The position numbers and the translations under genes are program-made. DNA of 64,000 nucleotides from a virus (Duplodnaviria; Caudoviricetes), in the IMG/VR virus record IMGVR_UViG_3300020050_015887, positions 20,501 through 84,500 of that record. One strand, 5' to 3'. Position 1 is the first letter of the stretch, and every line of letters begins with the position of its first letter. Below the pieces are notes generated by a model. It ran no database searches and had not been told where the DNA came from. It was given only the letters and a program-made list of their open reading frames with translations. Positions 57,604 through 64,000 of the stretch are shown piece after piece.

Positions 57604-57729
57604 CTACTTGCTTAGCTTAGCAACTACATTCTCAGCCTGTTGCTTTGTAGCGTAAGGACCTGCTACCACTAAGTATGTTCTGCTATTCTGAACGATCCAC
57701 CCTACTTTAGATTGAATGATGTTGTACAT
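57604..57729 (-). CDS. 41-aa early protein
   Basis: AAGGAG SD before ATG 57729; GPYATKQQAE. Confidence 0.55.
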   Translation of the reverse strand: MYNIIQSKVGWIVQNSRTYLVVAGPYATKQQAENVVAKLSK

Positions 57730-57753
57730 ATATTCTCCTTTGATATATATTAA

Positions 57754-57769
57754 TGCATTCGGTGTGCCA
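57754..57769 (-). promoter_or_regulatory. sigma54-type motif (near consensus)
   Basis: TGGCAC-ACCGA-ATGCA. Confidence 0.45.
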
Positions 57770-57797
57770 ATGTATCTTAGCCTCAAAGTATAGCCCC

Positions 57798-57813
57798 TGC
57801 AATATTCGTGCCT
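57798..57813 (-). promoter_or_regulatory. sigma54-type motif
   Basis: AGGCAC-GAATA-TTGCA. Confidence 0.5.
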
Positions 57814-57935
57814 GTATAGAATGTGTACAGATCTTAGGGCTTGACAATGTATGTGTTGGATTCTATTGGAGATTGTGTGGTGTGTAAGGATTGGTCGGGT
57901 GTATAGGAGATGGGGGGGTACCCATATTTAAAAGT

Positions 57936-57951
57936 TGGCATAGACCTTGCC
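57936..57951 (+). promoter_or_regulatory. sigma54-type motif upstream of the HNH gene
   Basis: TGGCAT-AGACC-TTGCC. Confidence 0.55.
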
Positions 57952-58012
57952 TCTGCGACCCATGCACCAAATATATTTTTAACATACCGTCATAAATTTA
58001 ACATTTAACTAT

Positions 58013-58975
58013 ATGAAAGAAAAAAACCTCCACTCATTAGTTGAAATTTGTCTTGAATGCGGAACTCAATGTGCCCTACATTCTTACACTACGGTATTTA
58101 GTAGTGCTTTACCAAGTATTCAAAAATCAATTCAAGATAAAAAAAAGAAACAGTTAGATTTAATAAAACGTAATGAAACATTAAGATTAAAACAATTTAA
58201 TAAAAAGAAACAACTAGTTAATAATATTGTATATGATAAAATTAAATGTCATTATTGTAATGAAATAAAATTAAGACTGACAGTTAAATCGAGGGATTAC
58301 ATTGATGAAACAGGTAGAGATTGGGTAGGAAAAAAATGTCCTAGTTGTAGAAGTATTGAATATCAAAAAAGAAAAGAAAATAGATTCAAAAATAAAAATT
58401 GTAACTATTGTAATAGTAACTTTACTGGTTTATACAGTAAAAAATATTGTAATGTTGGATGTCGTCGTTCAAATGAAAATATAAAAAGAACTATTAGAAA
58501 ATGTATTACTTGTCAAACCCTATTAGGTAATACAACCCGTTTAAAATGCTCTGCCTGCTATGTTCCTAAAAAAACATATCCTAGTAAGTCTAAGCCACCA
58601 AAAGCTGCGTATAACCAAACGTGCGTTAAATGCGGGGTTGTTTTTTTGGTCGCCCGGAAAAAGAAGTATTGCTCTCAAAAATGTAATAAAAAAGCAAACA
58701 CTAATCCAGCATTACATAAGATGTATAAAAAGTTACGTAAGAGAGCGGTAAAAAAAGCTAAACCTAAGTGGTGTAAATGGAAAGAAATTGTTGAGGTTTA
58801 TGTTAATTGTCCAGAAGGAATGGAAGTAGATCACATTCATCCATTAAATCATCCTGACGTATGTGGGCTTCATGTCCCTTGGAATTTACAATATTTATCT
58901 AAAGAAGATAATAATAAGAAATCTAATAGTTTTGACGGTACGTATGAAAATTTAGGTTGGAAAAAGAAATCATGA
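58013..58975 (+). CDS. HNH endonuclease with multiple Zn-finger motifs
   Basis: Seven CxxC and two CxxxC; VDHIHPL..CGLHVPWNLQYL...NNKKSN. Confidence 0.85.
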   Translation: MKEKNLHSLVEICLECGTQCALHSYTTVFSSALPSIQKSIQDKKKKQLDLIKRNETLRLKQFNKKKQLVNNIVYDKIKCHYCNEIKLRLTVKSRDYIDETGRDWVGKKCPSCRSIEYQKRKENRFKNKNCNYCNSNFTGLYSKKYCNVGCRRSNENIKRTIRKCITCQTLLGNTTRLKCSACYVPKKTYPSKSKPPKAAYNQTCVKCGVVFLVARKKKYCSQKCNKKANTNPALHKMYKKLRKRAVKKAKPKWCKWKEIVEVYVNCPEGMEVDHIHPLNHPDVCGLHVPWNLQYLSKEDNNKKSNSFDGTYENLGWKKKS

Positions 58976-59203
58976 TAGTAACTTCTCAACACTATTATTA
59001 ATTTTAACAAGTTTAACAGTTTCTAATACTTCAGGCCAAGTATATTTACCAATACCCCAATCACACCCAGCTTCATAATGTTCGAGTATATGTTCTTTAG
59101 ATGCTTCTTTGTATAATATTTTATGAACTTCGTAAGCTTCATCTATAGTTAATTCTATGTCTCCTATTAAACCTCGATGCTCTGATATAAATTTAATATT
59201 CAT
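58970..59203 (-). CDS. C-terminal-tag family small protein
   Basis: Ends INNSVEKLLS. Confidence 0.7.
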   Translation of the reverse strand: MNIKFISEHRGLIGDIELTIDEAYEVHKILYKEASKEHILEHYEAGCDWGIGKYTWPEVLETVKLVKINNSVEKLLS

Positions 59204-59493
59204 TTTAATAACCCATCAACATAATCAGTTGTGTGTTTGTCGTTTATTTCTTTTTTTAATGTTAGGGCTAGGTCGTATTCTTCTTTTAATAACCACCACA
59301 AAATATGTGTGTCGAACAATTCTCCGTATTCTTCAGATTCAATTTTATTTTTAAATTCTTTTACGCTCATGGTTTTATACTGGCTGATCCAAATATATTG
59401 GTCAGCAATATGTTTAATAATGTACAAAGCTTCTTCAAGGTTTTTCACCATAAACTTTGTGTCTTTATTCTCTGTACAAAAATAAAAAGTCAT
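59200..59493 (-). CDS. C-terminal-tag family small protein
   Basis: Ends TTDYVDGLLK. Confidence 0.7.
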   Translation of the reverse strand: MTFYFCTENKDTKFMVKNLEEALYIIKHIADQYIWISQYKTMSVKEFKNKIESEEYGELFDTHILWWLLKEEYDLALTLKKEINDKHTTDYVDGLLK

Positions 59494-59741
59494 TTTAATA
59501 ACCCGTCCACTGCCCTATCGACATTTAAATTGGATACATATTTTTCAATACTATCGCTATCTTGTGTGTTTGTTGTATATACACTATGATCATACTGTAT
59601 AGAACGCATGTGGGCCTCTATCCTCTCTTGTTCGAGAAAAGGAAATACTATTTGTATCATCTCAACATAATCTTCTTGGTTCATATAAACAACTTTTCTT
59701 ATTGTGTTGTTACTTTCGTATAAAATGATAGTGATGTTCAT
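59490..59741 (-). CDS. C-terminal-tag family small protein
   Basis: Ends VDRAVDGLLK. Confidence 0.7.
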   Translation of the reverse strand: MNITIILYESNNTIRKVVYMNQEDYVEMIQIVFPFLEQERIEAHMRSIQYDHSVYTTNTQDSDSIEKYVSNLNVDRAVDGLLK

Positions 59742-59992
59742 TTTAATATTTCCTCTATAGACCTATCAATTTTTTCATTTAATATCAAACCTTTAAGTTT
59801 ATCAACATATGTCGTATCTATTGATATGCTATTGTGTGAACGCAAAATTTGAATAACGGTTTCTTTATAAAAATTTGTTGGAATATTATACACTTGATTT
59901 ATTAAATGTTGTATTTGTTCTTCAGTAAAATATCCAATTGTTTTTACTTCGTCTGTTTTATTATCGTAATATGTCCAAGGATATAATTTCAT
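59738..59992 (-). CDS. C-terminal-tag family small protein
   Basis: Ends IDRSIEEILK. Confidence 0.7.
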   Translation of the reverse strand: MKLYPWTYYDNKTDEVKTIGYFTEEQIQHLINQVYNIPTNFYKETVIQILRSHNSISIDTTYVDKLKGLILNEKIDRSIEEILK

Positions 59993-60258
59993 TTTAACAC
60001 TTGCTCTATAGAATTGTTGATGTTTTCTTGTTTTATTTTCACTACTACCATTAATCTTTTATAAGAACTTTTATCGTCTGTGTGTATTGTAAAACTTCCC
60101 GTTTTTAAATCTTCTTTCCAAAAAGATTTATAATCTTCAATATTTCCCCATCTACCATCGTTTAAATTAAACACATATTGATATTCTTCTTCTGTAATAA
60201 ACGTTCTAAGCACTTCATTTTCGTTTTTATCATTTACAATTATTTTTAATAAATTCAT
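59989..60258 (-). CDS. C-terminal-tag family small protein
   Basis: Ends INNSIEQVLK. Confidence 0.7.
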   Translation of the reverse strand: MNLLKIIVNDKNENEVLRTFITEEEYQYVFNLNDGRWGNIEDYKSFWKEDLKTGSFTIHTDDKSSYKRLMVVVKIKQENINNSIEQVLK

Positions 60259-60707
60259 AAAGTGTCAATATATTTATCAACTTGAGTAGACATACGCATT
60301 TGTTTTAAAGCATCCTCAACAATTTTAATTTCTCTTTGAAAAATAGAACATTGTGTTTTTTCAGACATTCCTCTGGCCCACTCATCGCTTTCTTTTATCA
60401 ACGGCAGAATATTTAAATATTCTTGTTCTGTGCATCCAAAAATAAACGTCCCACTCATACTAACAAAACGATGTGTATATTTCATAACATATTTATAATT
60501 TTCCGGGGAGAGGTGAAACCACTGTTCTCCATTAACCCTTTCACCCACAGCATTTCTTTTTATCATATCTTTTAATATTATTGGGGTAGTTTTTTTGTAT
60601 ATGTCGTTAGAAAATTTTAAACGTTTTAAAATACTTAATATTTCATTAATATCAATAGGTTCAAATCGTTCAGATTTACACACATCATTTACAAAATAAA
60701 ATTTCAT
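60255..60707 (-). CDS. C-terminal-tag family protein (150 aa)
   Basis: Ends VDKYIDTL. Confidence 0.65.
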   Translation of the reverse strand: MKFYFVNDVCKSERFEPIDINEILSILKRLKFSNDIYKKTTPIILKDMIKRNAVGERVNGEQWFHLSPENYKYVMKYTHRFVSMSGTFIFGCTEQEYLNILPLIKESDEWARGMSEKTQCSIFQREIKIVEDALKQMRMSTQVDKYIDTL

Positions 60708-61075
60708 AACTTATCTACGTAATTATTAACCTTTTTATTAATCATGAAAGTTTTAAATGTTTTATAATCATGTTCAGACATTGTAATAATCTGAAACGTC
60801 CTTAAAGGCTCTAGGCTGTCTTTTCGACCGGGTATGTAGTACAACCCATCCACCCTACCAGGAAAATGCATTTCAAAGGCATTTAAATCGTTTATATGGA
60901 CAATTTTAACGTTGATGCCATAGCCCGTATGCAAGTCTATAACACAATATCCAAATAATAGCAATGATCGTTCTACAATTAGGAATAAAAAGCCTAGGGG
61001 TATAATTATAACTGCGGCAAATAATAATAAAATTAAATCTGCAAACACCATTCCTACATGTTTTAAGTAATTCAT
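60704..61075 (-). CDS. C-terminal-tag family protein with N-terminal TM
   Basis: Ends INKKVNNYVDKL. Confidence 0.6.
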   Translation of the reverse strand: MNYLKHVGMVFADLILLLFAAVIIIPLGFLFLIVERSLLLFGYCVIDLHTGYGINVKIVHINDLNAFEMHFPGRVDGLYYIPGRKDSLEPLRTFQIITMSEHDYKTFKTFMINKKVNNYVDKL

Positions 61076-61081
61076 TAAGCT

Positions 61082-61110
61082 ATTATATAATAAAATGAGG
61101 TTGAAATCAA
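61082..61110 (-). promoter_or_regulatory. sigma70 promoter, leaderless geometry, heading the leftward tag array
   Basis: TTGATT-17-TATAAT-6 nt-ATG. Confidence 0.6.
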
Positions 61111-61119
61111 ATAAAAAAT

Positions 61120-61371
61120 ATGTTATTATTAGGTATGATTTTTAAAACTACACATGGAAAAATTATCGGGGAAGTGCCAGACGGTGTTGGAATGGAAATA
61201 ATGGAAAGTTGGAGACAGGAATTTTATCCTGGTACTGTGCCTATTGGTTATGCTCCTGAAAAACATTTTTCTCAACCATGTTCTATGGTTTTTATAAAAA
61301 AAGAAGTTGACGAATATTATCTTAAATTAAAAATTGACAAAACTGTTGATATTATTATAGAAACATTATAG
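61120..61371 (+). CDS. C-terminal-tag family small protein
   Basis: Ends IDKTVDIIIETL. Confidence 0.65.
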   Translation: MLLLGMIFKTTHGKIIGEVPDGVGMEIMESWRQEFYPGTVPIGYAPEKHFSQPCSMVFIKKEVDEYYLKLKIDKTVDIIIETL

Positions 61372-61372
61372 T

Positions 61373-61663
61373 ATGACATTAAAAGAAAACGAAATTATTC
61401 TAACTTATTATGAAGATAATCCTTTGCAAGCAACGGAAGACACGGAAAGACATGTAATTGATATTATTAATCAAGAACAATTAACAACATTTATCGATAT
61501 ATTATGTAAAACAATATGGATAGGTGATAATTTTTCTACAAAACATATTGACCAAGTTATGAATCACATGGCAATAAGTTTAAATGACAAAGAACTTGAT
61601 GTGTATGAAAAATGGCAATTGTCAAAACAAATTGATAAAAATATTAACAACATACTAAAATAA
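61373..61663 (+). CDS. C-terminal-tag family small protein
   Basis: Ends IDKNINNILK. Confidence 0.7.
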   Translation: MTLKENEIILTYYEDNPLQATEDTERHVIDIINQEQLTTFIDILCKTIWIGDNFSTKHIDQVMNHMAISLNDKELDVYEKWQLSKQIDKNINNILK

Positions 61664-61664
61664 T

Positions 61665-61946
61665 ATGATAAAAATTTATTTAATAGATAAATCAGATGAT
61701 TTAACCTTTGTTTGTTCTTTATCTAAAACAAAAGCTATGGCATTATATCATGTGTGGTTGAAAAAACATGTAAATAGAGAAGCTTCATTTGAAACAATAG
61801 ACTATTTTGAAGCAACAACTAGTTTAAACAATCATTTATCTTTTCATGAAGATTATAAATCTACAATAGAAGAATGGCTTATTGCACAAAAAAAGATGAA
61901 AATAAATAAGAAAGTTAACAAAATAGTAGATAAATTATTGGAGTAG
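61665..61946 (+). CDS. C-terminal-tag family small protein
   Basis: Ends VNKIVDKLLE. Confidence 0.7.
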   Translation: MIKIYLIDKSDDLTFVCSLSKTKAMALYHVWLKKHVNREASFETIDYFEATTSLNNHLSFHEDYKSTIEEWLIAQKKMKINKKVNKIVDKLLE

Positions 61947-61948
61947 TT

Positions 61949-62206
61949 ATGGTGGACATTTACGCTGGTCATAAATTAAAAATACGAGTAAGTAATGCTA
62001 AATGCATAGAATTATATAAATTTTGGTATAGAAAATATAAGGGAGTAAAACGAATACCTAAATACGAATGGGTGCGTTCTGAAATTTATGAAGAAATCAA
62101 ACACGGGCAGTCTATATATGATATTGTTTTTGAAGATATTATTGACGAGTGGATTCATCAACAAAAGATGAGTAAAATTAATAGGATAGTAGATAAGCTA
62201 ATATAA
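61949..62206 (+). CDS. C-terminal-tag family small protein
   Basis: Ends INRIVDKLI. Confidence 0.7.
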   Translation: MVDIYAGHKLKIRVSNAKCIELYKFWYRKYKGVKRIPKYEWVRSEIYEEIKHGQSIYDIVFEDIIDEWIHQQKMSKINRIVDKLI

Positions 62207-62227
62207 TAGTAACATTGCGGGCTACTG

Positions 62228-62392
62228 ATGAAAAAGAAAAAACCACAACAACAATACAAAATTCCTTTAACTAACGTTTTGGCTAAGGCGTTAGAAGAAT
62301 TACATAAAAACGAATTAAAACGTAAAGAATTAAAAAAGAATAAAGAAAAAATGCAACGCATTAAAAATAATGTTGAAGATATTTTAAAATAA
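62228..62392 (+). CDS. 54-aa basic tag-family protein (not in ORF track)
   Basis: MKKKKPQQQY...MQRIKNNVEDILK. Confidence 0.6.
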   Translation: MKKKKPQQQYKIPLTNVLAKALEELHKNELKRKELKKNKEKMQRIKNNVEDILK

Positions 62393-62393
62393 T

Positions 62394-62636
62394 ATGGAAG
62401 TGATCATTACATTTGAACAAGATCCTACGGTACAGAAGAGAATGGACTTAGGAGAGTTTCAGCAATATGCTGAATATGTGTATAAGACACATAATAAGAA
62501 GAACTTTACAATGGTGTATAGAGTACATGAGGCTGTATTTGTTTGTAAGTTTAATAGTGCAGAGTTATTTGAGGCTACGTATATTAAGTTTAAAGAAAAT
62601 CAGTTTCATAAAAATTTAGAAAAGTTACTTAAGTAG
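62394..62636 (+). CDS. C-terminal-tag family small protein
   Basis: Ends FHKNLEKLLK. Confidence 0.7.
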   Translation: MEVIITFEQDPTVQKRMDLGEFQQYAEYVYKTHNKKNFTMVYRVHEAVFVCKFNSAELFEATYIKFKENQFHKNLEKLLK

Positions 62637-62861
62637 TTTATCTATTTGGTTGTTGAATTTAAGACCTCTAAGTTTTAACACTTCGTCAATAGCTTCTACC
62701 CAAACCTCAGCCCATATATAATGTTCGTTTGCTGGAATAAATGATGCTGGGGTAAAATTATTATTACCGGGAAGAAGTTTAACCCATAGTTTAAACTCAT
62801 TGTCGTTTAAAAACACTGTTTGTTCAATGTCATTTTTTCGTTTAATAATAAGTTTGGTCAT
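62625..62861 (-). CDS. C-terminal-tag family small protein
   Basis: Ends FNNQIDKLLK. Confidence 0.7.
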   Translation of the reverse strand: MTKLIIKRKNDIEQTVFLNDNEFKLWVKLLPGNNNFTPASFIPANEHYIWAEVWVEAIDEVLKLRGLKFNNQIDKLLK

Positions 62862-63121
62862 TTTAAAACGTCTTCTATTGTGTTAATAATTTGTTGTTCT
62901 TTGTTATATTTTATTAAATCTAAAATAGCAGCGTGATAAATACTTCCAATAGATATAAGAATTGGAGATTCTATATTTCTTTCAAGATCTCTTTCATAAT
63001 CTTCTTTTTTAAAATAATAATAATAATATTTATTTATTTTTATAAACGTATCGTAATCTTCTTGTCCATAAATGAGAAAACATTCTTGTTTGTTGCCTGC
63101 TTGTGCAATAATTCTTAGCAT
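62858..63121 (-). CDS. C-terminal-tag family small protein
   Basis: Ends IINTIEDVLK. Confidence 0.7.
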   Translation of the reverse strand: MLRIIAQAGNKQECFLIYGQEDYDTFIKINKYYYYYFKKEDYERDLERNIESPILISIGSIYHAAILDLIKYNKEQQIINTIEDVLK

Positions 63122-63191
63122 AATAAAAAAACACCGTTATATTAACATTTAAATATAGAGACAATAATAACTTATTATATCACAAGGTCAT

Positions 63192-63770
63192 ATGGATAGC
63201 AACTACTACAATATAGAAACAGGAAATTTATTAGAACTTTATAAACCTGGCATTATTGCGTTTATTAATGAAGAAAAGAAAGAAGCTTTTGTATCAGAAT
63301 GTAAGTGTATTGCAGAAGGTTTTTTAAGACATGTTACTATGATAAAAAAAGGTGTACATAAGATTGACACCCAAGAGTTTATTAATAATAAATGTCAAGT
63401 TATTAAGTTTGTAAAGAATGAACAAATGCTAAGATATGCTTATGCGGATGTTATTGAAAGTTTGAACAAGCAAGGGTATAAAATTATCAGTAGACACATT
63501 GAATATAAGGTTAAGGGTGTGGTTGACGTTGATTTTAGAACCACAGGTAAGGGTTATTTGTATTATGTGTATCTACATGCTCAAAAAGACCCAGTGAAGC
63601 TTTTGGGGGTATTTAACAGTGCGATAGACGGGGATGCGTTCATAAAACAACACTATCAAAACAAAAGGATATCAGACATGAACATCATTGTTGCGGATAA
63701 CCACCTCACCAAGTTTTACATTGACACTTATGAAGAAATGATATATAATAAGTTATTATTAGGAGTATAG
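63192..63770 (+). CDS. Degenerate GIY-YIG-like protein
   Basis: PGIIAFIN...AFVSEC...LRH follows the GIY-YIG layout without the canonical Tyr/Arg. Confidence 0.4.
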   Translation: MDSNYYNIETGNLLELYKPGIIAFINEEKKEAFVSECKCIAEGFLRHVTMIKKGVHKIDTQEFINNKCQVIKFVKNEQMLRYAYADVIESLNKQGYKIISRHIEYKVKGVVDVDFRTTGKGYLYYVYLHAQKDPVKLLGVFNSAIDGDAFIKQHYQNKRISDMNIIVADNHLTKFYIDTYEEMIYNKLLLGV

Positions 63771-63771
63771 A

Positions 63772-64000
63772 ATGTCAGTATTAACTTCTTATTTTTTAGT
63801 GGCTTTATTGTTATGTTATGAAAGTAGTTTACCAAATACAGTTTTTATTAAAACTGTTAATAAAACAACAGCTATTACGGTAAATTCTGAATTGTATTTA
63901 AAACGTAATTATTTTGTTGATGATTGTTTAACTTTAGAAATAACCAAAATTTTAAATCCTAAGGTTATTGAATATGATAAAGAACAAGTTACTTTAAAAA
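63772..64000 (+). CDS. Partial ORF (runs off the window), signal-peptide-like N-terminus
   Basis: AGGAG SD; MSVLTSYFLVALLLC...; no stop before the window end. Confidence 0.45.
   Translation, partial: MSVLTSYFLVALLLCYESSLPNTVFIKTVNKTTAITVNSELYLKRNYFVDDCLTLEITKILNPKVIEYDKEQVTLK

Noticed and set aside
57912-57923. GGGGGGGTACCC as a packaging or terminus site
   Set aside because: Suggestive only; no terminal repeat or terminase gene in the window to anchor it.
24029-62861. The tag as a by-product of Shine-Dalgarno + AT-rich spacer + ATGA overlap
   Set aside because: It fits some ends (ata gag gat tta tta aaa tga) and may explain the final Lys. It does not explain the upstream hydrophobic periodicity, the synonymous variation, ends without GAGG, or convergent and isolated genes. 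Kept as a partial confounder.
15223-63118. + strand or alternate-frame ORFs within - strand genes (e.g. 18220, 19403, 29205, 31121, 36824, 37793, 38786, 41490, 52009, 59231, 62933)
   Set aside because: They overlap stronger genes on the coding strand and have antisense-like composition.
1-64000. CRISPR array, tRNA genes, diversity-generating retroelement, integrase, stop-codon reassignment
   Set aside because: No regular repeat-spacer pattern, cloverleaf, reverse transcriptase or recombinase seen; known genes read through intact in the standard code.

Overview
A 64-kb stretch of an AT-rich (about 30% GC by eye, standard genetic code) tailed dsDNA phage genome with podovirus-like tail and ejection genes. 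No tRNA, rRNA, CRISPR array or integrase was seen. Layout: (i) 1-13.2 kb, + strand, tail adaptor, nozzle-like tail protein and internal virion/ejection proteins. (ii) 13.2-57.8 kb, - strand, lysis-like membrane genes, nucleotide metabolism (dUTPase, dATP/dGTP diphosphohydrolase-like, intein-containing GMP reductase/IMPDH-family enzyme, two deaminases), a nucleotide-heptose biosynthesis and glycosyltransferase operon, a MoxR-like AAA+/VWA pair, a split family-B DNA polymerase, primase-helicase, ERF and PD-(D/E)XK exonuclease, host-like genes (peptide deformylase, IscA, subtilase) and early genes including a SAM-lyase homologue. (iii) A mostly non-coding 55.4-58.0 kb zone with six sigma54-type -24/-12 motifs. 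(iv) 59-63 kb, an array of small ORFs. The most striking unexplained signal is about 37 mostly 54-150 aa proteins, unrelated or only remotely related in their bodies, that end in the same amphipathic helix, consensus [IVF]-x-x-x-[IVL]-[DEN]-x-[LIV]-[LI]-K-stop (e.g. IDKLLK*, IEKVLA*, VEDILK*). Fifteen are consecutive at 58970-63121. The rest are wedged singly or in pairs between core genes, one of them between the two halves of the DNA polymerase. All annotation is from motif recognition by eye; no database search was run.
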